Assembly (NCBI GenBank): GCA_951406725.2
Contig: OX597814.1
Span: forward strand, 87,358,001-87,422,000
Reading direction: 5' to 3'
DNA: 64,000 nucleotides
From: Octopus vulgaris
Lineage: Eukaryota
Below are positions 40,129 through 53,449 of this stretch, piece after piece. Positions within the stretch are counted from its first letter, which is position 1, and each line of letters begins with the position of its first letter. The notes under the pieces were generated by a model. The model ran no database searches. It saw only the letters and a program-made list of their open reading frames with translations, and was not told the DNA's origin. A program made the position numbers and the translations under genes.

Positions 40129-40517
40129 TCTGTCTGTCTGTCTGTCTGTGTCTGTGTGTGTGCACGCGTGTGCTTTGTGGGCACAGTATGGCTGAATGAT
40201 TAAAAACTTCGGAACATTAGTCCTGGAGTTTATGGAGTTGATCTCATTGTGTGCATCTTGGGTAAATGTCTATGGCCGACCTTAATTTGTGAGTGAAATT
40301 GGGCAGACAGAGGCTATATGGAAGCTCGTCGTGTGGAATCTACTCGTAATTCGAAGGTACAAACACTGTGTCAGCTGATTCAGCCTGTGAATTATGTTAA
40401 GAGTACATATGTCTGTTGAATACTCAGCTACTTACCTATCAGTTTAGGAGCAGGTAACTTGATTGATCGAACAACTGAATCCTCGTCTACATACATGTAC
40501 ATACATTCTTATATACA

Positions 40518-41787
40518 CAGACATGCAGGAAGTAAAAAGACACCTTTAATTTTCAAAATTTCTGATCTAAGCGTCTTAATATGTTTTCAGCGGTGTAGAA
40601 TTTACAATGTAATTATTCTTTTTTATTCCAGGTGCCATTATATTAAACATTTGCGAAGAGTAACCATGCCACGCACAAAAACATTCAGCAGAACTTTCAG
40701 ATTTTCAAAGAGGTCGTATTGTTGGGCAATCTGAAGCTGGTCTTAGCCAGCGAAAAATTGCTGAAAATCTTCAAATTCCTCTTGCTACTATTAATAGAAT
40801 TATAGTGCAATTCAAAAGCCAAGGAAAAGAATCAACAGATTCTCGTCCCAGCCGACCTGGGCCCTCGGAAAGGAAGCTTCGCTGTTTGAAGAGAATTGTT
40901 GAAAACGAAGCCCCAATGTCGAAGGCTTCTGACATTGCAAAACAGCTAGAAGTTAGTCCAAGAACGTGTGTTACATATCTGCATAAGCTTGGGTACTATG
41001 GACGAGCAGCTAGAAGAAAACGTCTCCTTCAACCAATTAATATCATGAAAAGAAAGAAATGGGCTAAGGAGATGTCAGAAAAATCCAGTTCATTTTGAGA
41101 TAGAGTGATTTTCTCAGATGAATCCAGATTTGCATTATTTTCAGACAGTGGACGTGTTTGGGTCTGGAGGCTTTCCAATCAACCATTTGATTTGAAACGA
41201 CTCCAACCAACTCTGAAACATGGCGGTAGCTCTGTAATGGTATGGGGAGCTGTCACCAGCAATGGTCGTTCTGAGCTGATCGAATGTGTTGAAACCATAA
41301 ACTCTGAAAAATACATCGAAATACTTAAGCAATGACTACTGCCGGTGTATTCGCACGATAATGTAACGAAAAATGAGTTTTTATTCATGGAAGATGGGGC
41401 TCCATGCTACACAGCGAAAAGGAATTAACAATAGCTGACTGAAAATGGGATAAAAAAGCTTCCTTGGCCGAGCCAATCTCCTGACATGGACCCAATTGAA
41501 AATCTTTGGAGCAGACTAGATAGAACTAAACTTGACTGAAACCTAACTCTAAAGATGAATTGTTTCGATTGTTGCATGAAAAGTGGGCAGAAATTCCACA
41601 AGAGACAATCACAAAGCTCATCAGTTCAATGCCAAAAAGAGTTTCTGAATTAAAAACTGTAAAGGGAATGTCAACTAATTACTAAAGAATGTAGTCCTAC
41701 CTATCGATTACATTTCAATTATTCGCTTTGCGTATTAAATAAAAGATTTTGAAAATTAAATGTGTCTATTTACTTCCTGCATGTCTG
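40518..41787 (+). mobile_element. Full-length Tc1-like transposon with inactivated transposase
   Basis: TIR CAGACATGCAGGAAGTAAA(A/T)AGACAC; motifs [36 protein letters not shown]; stops and frameshifts. Confidence 0.93.
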
Positions 41788-41855
41788 TATACATACATAA
41801 ATACACACACACATACATACATACATAATTAGATATATACATATACATACATGTG

Positions 41856-41929
<74 letters not shown>

Positions 41930-41931
<2 letters not shown>

Positions 41932-42170
41932 GTACTTGGAGAATAAGAACGGAACGAAACGAACGAATCGAATCGACGCGAGGGCGCTCAGTCATACAAT
42001 AGTGTAATAAATAAAATATATGCATACATACATACAGATATGTACGTACCTACATCTACATGTATATATACATGCATATATAAATATATATACGTGAGTA
42101 CAGGACACCACAACTAGACGTAGAACTCAACGAGAAACGAAAACGGAAAAACAAGCATGGAACAAACCAT
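41930..42170. repeat. Interspersed repeat, three copies in the window
   Basis: GATCGACGCGAGGGCGCTCAGTCATACAATAGTG block also at 59030-59245 and 59838-59985. Confidence 0.8.
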
Positions 42171-42201
42171 TTTTTTACATATATATATACATATAGATAT
42201 A

Positions 42202-42330
42202 TCACCTTGATCACCTTGACTGACCAGTCCGTCGGGCGTCTATTTGACACCGCTGGTCACAGCACGCTGTCCACTCCTCTCTGGATCGCGCCTTTCTCAT
42301 CCACGTGATCCCAATCACCCTCTTAATCGA
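42202..42330 (-). mobile_element. RTE-like LINE extreme 3' end
   Basis: Minus strand TWMRKARSREEW motif followed by a (TCAAGGTGA)2 tail. Confidence 0.6.
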
Positions 42331-42370
42331 TATATATATATACACACACAATATATATATATATATATAC

Positions 42371-42446
<76 letters not shown>

Positions 42447-43116
42447 CCTTTAAAAGCAAGGCACACTGGTAGAACATCGCTTTGTTAGCGACTGGCAAGA
42501 ACTTAATTAAAACTTAAAGAAAAAATATATACGTGTACATATATGCCTATATACATAAGTGTCTACCTGTACGTGCATATGTATGTACGTGCACGCGAGT
42601 GAGTGCAAGGATTTGCTGTGCGGGAGTATACATGGAGATACAATGGAACATCTATTGAGATACTCAGATTTTCACTCGCACGAGCACTTGCACAGCTGCA
42701 TACGCGAACATACCCACATACATAGAACTCAGTACACGCACACGTGCATATATAAACACACACACACACAAGATTGCGCGCGCATGAACGCATGTATGTA
42801 TATTAGCAGGATACAGATAATAGTAAACAAATGTGAAGACATCCTAACATTCTTATCAACTGCCATGTGTTTTGTTTCATGTCTGTGTCTGGAAAAGCTA
42901 TTATTGTCTCATAAGAAACTTTGCCTGCTTTCATGTATTTGTTTGTGTGTTATTTCAAACAATATCTGAATGCTCTGTTATATTCAGCATCTATTTGTAA
43001 TTATTTTGTAACGACTTCGTACTTTTACAATCGCTTCCTAAATACTGAAATGGAAAGGACGAGAGCAGGAAACACAGTTATGTAAGTAAACAATATTAAA
43101 CGATGAAGAAGCTGTG

Positions 43117-43208
<92 letters not shown>

Positions 43209-43630
43209 GTGTCTGTGTCTGTGTGTGCGTGTGTGTGTGTACATATACACATATAAACGCAGATACACACACACACAGAGAAAAGTATGTTGGCGGTTGA
43301 ACTAGCTGTCGAGTATGAATGACTGCCTTTAACGCTCAAGTTAAAACTTTAGTACCTTCCTATCATGGGTACTCACTACGACAAAGACGCCAGTGAAGAT
43401 GAAGACTTCACGTTAAACATCTTAGACTCTTCAACGAAGGACGCAAAGGTGTGGGCGACCAGAGAATTTCATGTGCTTCTCGCCTACACAACACCTTCCA
43501 TGCCGCCGAACAAGAGAGGAAACTACTTAATAGCAACAAAATTTCGTTTTCACAAGAGCAGAATGTCCGCCTTCTGTAGATTTCAAGTGAGAGTAGTCTC
43601 CTTCTTGTGCATTTATATACTCGTGTAAAT

Positions 43631-43663
<33 letters not shown>

Positions 43664-44300
43664 GGAATATACACGCACTATTTTATGGTTTGTTGACTAG
43701 AATTAATTTACCTTGTATCAAGTCTTACTGAGAAATATTTACCCAAAAGTATGAGATATCAAGTACGTTTCGTTGGAATATGTTAAACAGACCATTGTGG
43801 GGTTTATTGGGTCATTATGATAGATATTTGGGAACCACTCTATTAAAACATTGGTCATCCCAATTTATTATCCAAAGTATTCTAATGTGGAATACTTTCT
43901 CCGCTTTTTCACAGATTCCTTAGCACTGACCCTAATGAATACCTCCAGCTGTTTCTAGGTTTAATAAATTTTCTCGAGCCTTGGGCGCGATGTAAAATCA
44001 TGACCAACGAGATTTATAAACTTGAGTTATAATGTAAAAAGATTTAGTATATCTTATCCTTAACATCAAACTTTTGCGCAACAGAAAATAGACCGTGTAG
44101 CCTTTGTAAGTTCGTTGTAATATTGTTGAGTCCTATAACCCAGAGGATTGTAGTAACACCACCCAATACTTGATTTCAATGTAGTGTATTTAAAGCCAAT
44201 TTACCTAACAAAACCCATGCTTGTCGAAGCTATACAATAAAATTGAATCCTGCAATTCAAACTAAGTAAGCTCTTATCAATGTCTCCTTGTTGCTGCTTA

Positions 44301-45535
44301 CGAGGACCAGCTTTAAAGCTCATAGGCTGACCAAGATACTCTCATGGAAGGTGACCGAATGAGGTTTATTTTTTTAACATAGTCCCCTTTGCGGTCCACA
44401 CATTACTTCCATCGCTGTTGCAGTGCGTGAATCCCATTGGTGAAGTAGCTTTCATCCTGTTCGTAAAAAAAAAGTCGACAGCAGATATGACGTCATCATC
44501 ATTGCTATACTGGTTTCCATCCAAGTGTTTTTTCATGTTGTGGAACAAATGATAATCAGATGGGGCTACATCAGGAGAATAAGGAGGGTAATCAACCAAT
44601 TCAAAGCCACAGTCATGCTCAGCAGTCATTGACGCCAGGGGCTTGTGCATTAGAGCATATTTCTGATGAAACAAGACACCTTTCGTCATTTTTAATAGCC
44701 GTTTGGTCTTGATAGCCTTTTGTAATTGCCTCAGCAATTTAGCAAAATAATTTCTATTGATGGCGTAGCCCTTTTGAAGATAGTCAATAAACACAATGCC
44801 TTTTGCATCTCAAAACACCGAGGCCATCACCTTCCCTGCAAGTGAAATGACTCAGCATGGATTGTCTTTTTGTGTCTGGTTCAAAGTGGTGAACCCAATA
44901 CTTATCCCGAGTGAGGAAACATTGAAGGAAACCAGCTGGATCTGCCTCAAATAATGTCAGATTTTTCCGTGATGTGATCAGCTTGATGCGCTTTTGATCA
45001 AGTATCACAAGAAGTGGAACCCATCGAGCAGAAATCTTTGTCGTGCCAAGTTCATTGTGCAGAATACTCTCAACTCTCTCAGAGGATATGCTAATGGCAT
45101 TGTTATTTGATTTATAGTCAATCACCTGTCATCCATCAACATGTGGTGAACACGATGAATATTTTTCTCGGTGGTGGCAGTTGCAGGACGTCCAGACGTT
45201 GGATCATCTTCAAGACTCACCCTTACCCTCCTAAATTAAGCTGCCCACTTTTGCGCTGTTGATAAAGCTGGTGCGTCACCCTCTAATGCAGCAATCATGT
45301 CAGCATTAATGTCCTTGGGGGTTAAACCCTTTTTCTGCAGGTTCTTGATAACACCAAGATGACAGATTTTGTTGATTTTCAAGAGAAGTCGCTACTAGTT
45401 ACTTTGAAGGGTCAGATGTCAGCTTACCTGGAAAGAAACAATGCAATTATTAATAAAAAGAGTTGAAATGCAGGATTTCATAGCTCTGGCACCATATCTT
45501 CATTGTCTGCCAATAAACTTTTCAGCCTACCCTCG
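44301..45535 (-). mobile_element. Full-length mariner (DD34D) pseudogenised transposon
   Basis: TA-CGAGG..CCTCG-TA ends; ARWVPLL, WVHHFEPDTKRQSM, YSPDVAPSDYHLF motifs; frameshifted. Confidence 0.92.
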
Positions 45536-45559
45536 TAAAGTGGAGAGCTTTTCCTATCC

Positions 45560-46270
45560 AGGTTAGATTGACGCTTTAACGTTTCTCTTAAAGATGACGC
45601 TTGCAGGAAAAACATGAGTAGAAAGGAAGTTCCAGAGAACCGATGTTCTGTTAAAGAAGGACTGGGAAAAGCGGTTAGTGAGCATCCTTGGGATAGGGCG
45701 GATACTGTATTGATAATGAGAAGAAGGTAGAAGAGAGGTTCGGGAATAGCTGAGTATAGGTGGTACGATACCTACTTGATCCGAGGAACAGAGGCCATTA
45801 TTGTAGTGTTAGGAAAAACAGAGAGAGAGGAGTTACCTATAAGGCCGGAATGTGTTTGTGGAAGTAGCCTGACATCTTTGTGTGTAGCTCATGTTTACGG
45901 GAGTCCCTAAAATAAGTAGGGTTTGTGTGGAGAGAGAGGGTTGTGGTGGTGGATGTTGTTGAAAGAGACAAAATTGGCATAGCCCCTCTGGAGATGCTTT
46001 TGAAATGTCCGTTTATGGGGGTTAGTGCAGGTTTTATACAAGAAGTCAAGTTTGCATGTGTATGATGCGCGGTTGGGAAAAGATGGGAGGAATAAAGTTT
46101 CCTATCAACAAGTAAAATTCGGAATTGTCGGTCATGACAGCAAGCGGGCTATTGATGCATAGAAGTGAAAAAGCGGAGGTAGAGGAAACAGCCAACCAGA
46201 GTTGACTGAGTGAAGAATAAAAAGAGCTCCGCCAGCATATACCGTGGTAGTGCGACCTGAGATGAGAGGT
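45560..46270 (-). mobile_element. L2/CR1-group (Daphne-like) LINE remnant
   Basis: Minus strand NGLCSS..VPP..FSQSFFNRTSVLWNFLSTHVFP C-terminal motif. Confidence 0.55.
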
Positions 46271-46799
46271 TTCCATAGAAAATTGTATGCCAAACACGGT
46301 CAAAAGTTTAGCTTATAACTAGAGTAACGACACTGTTTTTTTCTCCGATACACTAAAAAATAAAACACTTCTATGTCATTCTTCACAATTACATCTACTT
46401 TTTTCAATAAATTGTTTTACAGCAAGTGCAAGACCTTTACTTCTGGCGTTACTATCAAAAACAGAAATTAAAAATAGGCAACATAACAAAAAGTAGCCAT
46501 AATTATAAAAAGAAATAGAACAAAAGAAGTTAACACGAAGAATTAGCATCAACTGAATCATTTGAAAGATTTTAAAAGATTGCTACATTTGGGAAGATAA
46601 ACAAATTCAAATTCACAAAATTTTGAAAGAAATAACAGATTAATCTATATAATGGAATCCTTGCCAATCAATAAAAATTCTGTTGGTTTCTTCAAAATAA
46701 AGCGTTCTCTGGCACAAAAGCGTTTATATCTGACGGCATTTTAAAATAGAATCAGTCAGTATAATGTCTATATATAGTTAACAATTTAAGTATTTTAAG

Positions 46800-48563
46800 A
46801 TGCCGTCAAATGTTGCAATGGTAGAAATATGTTACAGCTGTAAAGAAAAATTTTGTTGTTCTTCATCATGTCCTTATGATAAATTACCTGCATTACTGAG
46901 CTGCCAACATCTAATTTGTTACGGTTGCATCCAACGGATTTGGGTAAATCTTGATATTGACGACAACAACAAGCTCTTGTGTCCCGTATGTAATATTCTT
47001 ACATTTCTATCACCGTCCACACATCATATTTCATTCTACTTCAACAAATTCTGTAGTAACTGCGCTATCAAAAACGGACAGATTAGAAATAAACTTAGAG
47101 AGAAACGTACTGAACAATCATTGATCACAATCCGACCTGAAACAAGCATTGCATTTGGAAGTAGTTCAACTCCTCAGGAGAGAAATGGTTGTGATAGTGG
47201 AAGTAATCTTCGAATTGTACAAGTTGGCATCGGAGATATAAATATTTCTGGCAGACCTTCCCAAAATGTTGAATCAAACTTGGCTAATCAGGAAGCCAAT
47301 AGTAAAGACAAACAAATCGTCACGAAAAGTCGAAACCAATCAAATTCTAAGAAATTATTTAAAAAACAGAAGAAAAATAGCCAACAAAAGACTTCTCATT
47401 CCGGACATTCCCAAATGAAAAACGAGAGAAATTCTCAGAAAACCACACGGAATTCCATCCCGGACACAAAAGCAAAGAAACTAGTACCACCCCACCAAAC
47501 AAGAACGAATTTGAATACTTCTATTGATGGAAAGATAGAGAAAAACTTAAACCAAGATATCAAAAACTCAGCAAATAAAGAAATATTGCCCTCTGTTTCT
47601 GAAAAGAGTTCAATGGGACCACACCATGAACAGGATTCAGAATATGGCCGAGCTTACTCAAGACTTTCCTCCTCCAGTAACTCCAGTGGTGAAACAGACA
47701 TCAAGACTAACAACACTTCTAATTCACAATTAAATAAACTCGATTCCAAAACGGATTCCACTATAGTAAAATCTTCGACTCAAAAAGGTTGCCGAGTTAA
47801 GAATAATAGAACATCAAATAGAGAAAGTAATATTGTCAAAACAACGCAACACACGCAAAAGAAGGATTCACGAAATACCTTATTACCTAGAGAGGGTCTT
47901 CAAATTCCCGTCTCATTAAATGTCGACGATCTTGTTGAAACACGAACAAGCACTTCAACACAAAGCTTACCTAACATGTCATTGTTGAGTTGTTGTAAAT
48001 ACGACGTTGAAGGGAAATCCAAATCCAATACCACAAATGTAACGAGCAGTAATTTGGGACAAAACGGGAATGGTGGAGTGAGAAGAAATGGTGGAAGTTT
48101 AAGTGATGACGCTAGCAATATAAATCAAAGAAAAGTTCGGAGCAGTGGTCGAAACAGGAAACCCGGCAGTAAAATGCATTGGAAAATGAAACCTATCGAA
48201 GATGATTCTGACACTGAGTGCATTCCACCATTACGTAAAAGGGGTTTCCTCTATCGAAGAGAATGTTTTAAAATCCTAGATTGTATATATAACAATGAAA
48301 AGAGCGAACTGTTTCGACACGAGATTAAGTCGAAATACGTCAGTGATTATTACAAAGTTGTCAAGAGAGGAATGTGTTTAGATATCATTGCTTACAAGAT
48401 ACGTAACAATATTTATACCCACGTAAAAGAATTTTCTACCGATATGTATCGGATATTTGACAATTGTCGACTGTACAATCAATATGGATCTGAAGCCTAT
48501 GAGGCTGCTAACATCGTACAAAATTTGTTCAATCAGAAGATGATAGAATGCTTTTCAAATTAA
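46800..48563 (+). CDS. RING finger (C3HC4) + bromodomain protein, uninterrupted 587-aa ORF
   Basis: C11-x2-C14-x20-C35-x-H37-x2-C40-x2-C43-x17-C61-x2-C64 RING; S/N/K/Q/T-rich linker; aa ~488-585 ELF..DYYKVVKRGMCL..I..KI..Y..EF..DM.RIFDNCRLYN..SE.Y..A bromodomain with conserved Asn560; in-frame stop upstream at 46779-46781. Confidence 0.9.
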   Translation: MPSNVAMVEICYSCKEKFCCSSSCPYDKLPALLSCQHLICYGCIQRIWVNLDIDDNNKLLCPVCNILTFLSPSTHHISFYFNKFCSNCAIKNGQIRNKLREKRTEQSLITIRPETSIAFGSSSTPQERNGCDSGSNLRIVQVGIGDINISGRPSQNVESNLANQEANSKDKQIVTKSRNQSNSKKLFKKQKKNSQQKTSHSGHSQMKNERNSQKTTRNSIPDTKAKKLVPPHQTRTNLNTSIDGKIEKNLNQDIKNSANKEILPSVSEKSSMGPHHEQDSEYGRAYSRLSSSSNSSGETDIKTNNTSNSQLNKLDSKTDSTIVKSSTQKGCRVKNNRTSNRESNIVKTTQHTQKKDSRNTLLPREGLQIPVSLNVDDLVETRTSTSTQSLPNMSLLSCCKYDVEGKSKSNTTNVTSSNLGQNGNGGVRRNGGSLSDDASNINQRKVRSSGRNRKPGSKMHWKMKPIEDDSDTECIPPLRKRGFLYRRECFKILDCIYNNEKSELFRHEIKSKYVSDYYKVVKRGMCLDIIAYKIRNNIYTHVKEFSTDMYRIFDNCRLYNQYGSEAYEAANIVQNLFNQKMIECFSN

Positions 48564-48726
48564 CATGCTATGATCAACATAATCTAATAACTTAAGCGAA
48601 ATGTAACACAAAGCCACTCGTTGCTCTAACATTATATTCATGAATATTATCTAACATATACATACATACATACATACATACATACATACATACATACATA
48701 CATACATACATACATACATACATACA

Positions 48727-48757
<31 letters not shown>

Positions 48758-49032
48758 TGGTTGGGGTATTCTACTCACGATTGTGAGTTCGATTCCTGGC
48801 AGCGTGTTGTGTTCTTGTGCAAAACATTTCTCGCTGGCAAAAATGGACTATACCTGTAATTCCAACGACTAGCCTTGTCACATTCTCAGTGATGCTGAAT
48901 GTCCCTGAGAACTATGCTCAGGGTACGCGTGTTTGTGGACTGTTCAGCCACTTGGACATAAATTTCCCGAGCGGGCTGTTCCGTTGATCGGATTATCGGA
49001 TCAACTGGAACACTCGTCGCTTTAACCGACAG
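48758..49032 (+). mobile_element. tRNA-derived SINE, third family
   Basis: GAGTTCGATTCC B-box; body and tail similar to 40180-40490. Confidence 0.55.
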
Positions 49033-49415
49033 TATCAGTTATGTAGCAGTTGAGTATTCAGGTCAATTTTATCGATTATACTTGCTTCCCAAAAAATGTG
49101 TACGTAGCTTTCTACCTGTGTTAGAAATATTTATGTTGGGCCGAAAGAGCGGTTGAATAACAAAGACAGTAGAGTGTATAAAATAATTATTGGGATATTT
49201 ACTTTTATTTTCCTTCTTTATTCCGAGTGTCACACTCATTGTGGCTGAGATATCACTACAACGTGACTCGAACTGACCGATGGAGGTTAATTTCTCGCCA
49301 TATTAAAGACGCCATTATGCCTTTACTTCGCTTTACTTCCGAATGTCTGAAGAAATGGTCGTGTCTTCACGACCACGAAAATTTCGCAACATTAGTTAAA
49401 TGAACCCTGTAACTC

Positions 49416-49446
<31 letters not shown>

Positions 49447-49481
49447 GTATGATTATGTATGTGTATATATCTGTCTATCTA

Positions 49482-49570
<89 letters not shown>

Positions 49571-50213
49571 AGAGAATTCACAAAAAAACAAAAGACGAGG
49601 ACAGATGGTGTAGACAACAAACAGATGTATTTCCACAGGAAGGAACACAGAAACAAGGAGAGAAAATAAAGAATGTGTAGTGGCTAGCGATCTGTCATGG
49701 CGAATGTATGTATACATATATACACATACACACACGCATATTTTTATGCATGTGTCTATGCTTGTATGCATGTGTCTATGCATGTATGCAAGCGAATGTG
49801 CGTGTGCGCGCGCGCGCGAGCGTGTTCGTGTGTGTATGCGCACGCGTGTGTAATTAAATTTATAACTGTACATTCCGAAAATGCAAAAGACTTATTGTAC
49901 TACCTTAGCTTTATCGCAAGGGCATACTGGGCAGGTGCCTATGGTCCTGAAATTAAAATTAAAAATTGAAAATCAAGATCCCTATTGTTGCTGTTATTGC
50001 CTTTTTCTATTTTACATTTTTTTTTCCACATTCACAGTATTTTCTATCCTGGTAAAATCCTTTTACTATTTATACTCTAGATTTCTGCTCAATATTTTTC
50101 ATTCAGATGACGAACAGATACATAAATATAGAAAGATTTGTCGCATGAATGTAGAATGCTTTTCATGACTCTTTCATCCACAGATATAAGCACTTGCAAA
50201 TACACCCGCTCTC

Positions 50214-50244
<31 letters not shown>

Positions 50245-50372
50245 TTCATACACAGACTCACACATGCACACACACACACACACACACACACAAACGCACA
50301 CCCATTCACACTCTCTCTCTCACACACACAAACACACAAACACACAAACGCACGCACACACACACACACACA

Positions 50373-50422
<50 letters not shown>

Positions 50423-50499
50423 CACACACACTCACACAAACTAAAATCAACAATCTAGCACCCGTGAGCGAAAATGTATCACTCATCTATCGGAACCGT

Positions 50500-51230
50500 T
50501 TCGCATCGCACGCTCTGTCCGTCAGAAATTCTCGCGGTCTGCTCGCCCTGAAGCCACTGATGCATCTAAGGGAAACTCTTGGCGTTTACAAAAACTACCT
50601 AGCCAGTCTGTTCCGGAGGATTTCCGGTTGAGGACTATCATGGATAATTTCCAGATGTCCTTGCCCTGACAGTATTGCCGGTGGGGGTGGGTCTACCGGT
50701 TCAAAATAAACTCTACAGACACGGATGTGCTATCAAAATAAACTCTACAGACACGGATGTGCTATCAAAATAAACTCTACAGATACGGATGTGCTATCAA
50801 AATAAAATCTACAGACACGATTGTGCTATCAAAATAAACTCTACAGACAGATGTCTGAGGTGAGCGCAGAGCAACGAAACCGTTCTACTTGCACTCGTTC
50901 AATGTCCGGACATAGCTGACTTATGGGGTTATGCCGAACAACTACTATCGCGTGTGGAACGGATCCGTCTGTTGGCCGAGACTATAGTTATGGTTTCCCA
51001 CCTCTCTCTTTTAATTGAGCAGGAAAAGCAGGTTTCCTTTGCCTGGTGGCTGTGACAAAAGAGGTTCTCTGGTGGGCGATGGAGGACAGAGACATTCCTC
51101 TTTGGTAAAACTCTCATCGACTTGAAAAGGAAAGGAAGGGTGGAGAGGGAGGTGCTGTGCTCGAGTGAATTTATTAAAAGACGAGTGAAAGCTGCGAAAA
51201 TGGCAAGAGTGGATGATACCGCTCTAAGTT
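50500..51230 (+). mobile_element. L1/Tx1-like LINE ORF2 C-terminal remnant
   Basis: LPVQNKLYRHG followed by a decayed zinc knuckle RCLR*..ETVLLALVQC..LWGYAEQLLSR. Confidence 0.6.
50701..50850. repeat. 32-bp minisatellite, ~4.7 copies
   Basis: Unit TCAAAATAAACTCTACAGACACGGATGTGCTA, head-to-tail without spacers. Confidence 0.92.
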
Positions 51231-51552
51231 TAGACCTGTGAGACAGAGAAAAGTAATTGGAGAGGGCACTTTCCCTTGGTGTTCAAGGAGATCTTGGACG
51301 GTGGGGCTCCTCGATTGTCCCTAGAGGTCCTCCTGTATCACGAAGACCACATTACTATCATCCTTTTTTCTTTCTTTTCTTTTACTGTTGTTTATTATGT
51401 ATATTTCCCTTCGTTTTATTGTATACCGTGTAGACTTTTAATCATTTCATTATATCCCCATAATTTATGTCTGCTTTTGTATTATCTTCTTTATCCTTTA
51501 CCCTGCTGACAAATAAAAGAAATTATCATCATCATCATCATCATCATCACAT

Positions 51553-51614
<62 letters not shown>

Positions 51615-52009
51615 TATTATCTTTCAATTTTGTTTCTATTGTTGAATGTCTTCTCGACACATAGGGCAAAGAAACAAACTCACTGTACACATTGGTAGGC
51701 TATTAAAATAAAGACACTAGATTGTACATTTACAAACTCATGTGACAGAGAAAATAGAGGAAGACAGAGAGAAAAAGGAAAGAAAAAGAAAACAAAGGAA
51801 ATAAAGAGGAAAAAAAAGAAAGAAAATTCACAGCGACAATTCTCTTCACAATACGTGTGACGTACCAGTTAAGACAAGCTTTTGCACTTCCTACATGGAT
51901 GTTAAGCCAGAGATCATCCTCAAACAATTTTATTTCGTTTTTTTTATCATTCCAAGTTCTCCTACAATCACTAGTATTGTAATCGTCTTGAGATGCCAAT
52001 TATTATTAA

Positions 52010-52225
52010 GGCAGCGAGCTGGCAGAATCGGTAACACGCCAAGCAAAATGCTCAGCGGCATTTCGTCCGTCTTTACGTTCTGAGTTCAAATTCCGCCGAG
52101 GTCGCCTTTAACTTTCATCCTTTCAGGGTCGATAGATTAAGTACCAGTTGACTACTGAAGTCGATGTGATCGACTTAACCCATCTCCCAAAATTGCAGGC
52201 CTTGTGCCTATAGTAGAAAGGATTA
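52010..52225 (+). mobile_element. Meta-type tRNA SINE
   Basis: GGCAGCGAGCTGGCAGAATCG..GAGTTCAAATTCCGCCGAGGTCG..TTTCATCCTTTC. Confidence 0.8.
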
Positions 52226-52809
52226 TTGTTATTAACAACAATACAGATTCGCGAAAATGAAGCGACTGGCAAATATATGACCAGCAGTTTGCGATGAAAT
52301 TCTGTATATGTAAATCTAATATTTACAATTGGTTTCATATGTAAATCATACTGTTATTGATAACACACTAGCTACTAATTTCCTGGAATTCTACAGTTAC
52401 AGTTTGATATATATGTTTCATTGATTTGTAGTATTAAAAAGAAATGAAATTGAGCTTCATGCGTACTACTGTGTATATTTGATAAGTAATATTAGTTGAC
52501 TTGTTGGTAAGTTGTAATAAGTAGATAATTTCTGAATGTATTGAAATGAATGGACAAGCGATAGTAAAATCTTTATTAAGATCACTACGGATCAAACACA
52601 GAAATGGGGACAGCACAGGACAAACAATTACATAGAATGAGTGAGTTCGTGTTTATAAAAATTTTTTGCGATTATTATTATATACAAAGTATAAATAATT
52701 TACAAATAAATAAAATTTATGACGACTTAAAACTTAACCTTTTTTTTAAAGACGCAAGCAAATTGATTTTTTGACCCGGTAGCCTATAAGGCCTGGCAGA
52801 TTACTTTTT

Positions 52810-53200
52810 ATTTCCTCGATGAGCAATTTGGGTAACTTACACCCGCCTTTTTCACCACTTCCTTCCATCTTTGTTCATATACTCTAGTTGACAGGGTCCT
52901 CTTTTCCAGCCCTATCTTGCTCTTCAGATGGTATCTGAAATAAAGAAGCAATCCACGGCCGGATATATAGGACCCTGTCACAAAACCTTCCATTCTTGTC
53001 CTCCATATACACTCTTTCAACACTGCTACCGTACAGAAAAAAACAAGCCTCACCTTCCTCAGAGAGTCCAGTTGGCGGTATCATCTTTATCATAGATCCA
53101 GCCGACTCCTGTACTCGTCCCAGATGCGACAACATGTGTTTTACGTAAGATATCAAGCTGGAAAGCTGCCGACAATGTACAAAAGCGCACGAAAGATAGT
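52810..53200 (-). mobile_element. L1/Tx1-like LINE ORF2 3' remnant
   Basis: AFVHC..YVKHMLS..KECIWRTR..YFRYHLKSKIGLEK..RW; homologous to 11700-12030 and 50930-51230. Confidence 0.6.
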
Positions 53201-53372
53201 GCATATTTATTACAGATTTTATTCAATTGTTACGTAATCACGCTACTACAACAAATTGGAAAACAACGCAAAAATTTGTATTATGGATGACAGTTAGTTT
53301 ACATCGAAAGTCCCTTGTTCAGTTCTAAATATGTGACAGAAGAAAGGTAAAGGGTTTCAAGGCTCACGCGAA

Positions 53373-53449
<77 letters not shown>

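Noticed and set aside
43365-43628. 87-aa non-repetitive ORF
   Set aside because: No recognisable motif; splice signals ambiguous on both strands
46800-48563. Naming the ORF TRIM24/33 or BPTF
   Set aside because: It lacks B-box, coiled-coil, PHD and DDT domains; orthology cannot be established by eye
50701-50850. CRISPR-like 32-bp repeats
   Set aside because: Head-to-tail with no unique spacers, no cas genes, eukaryotic context
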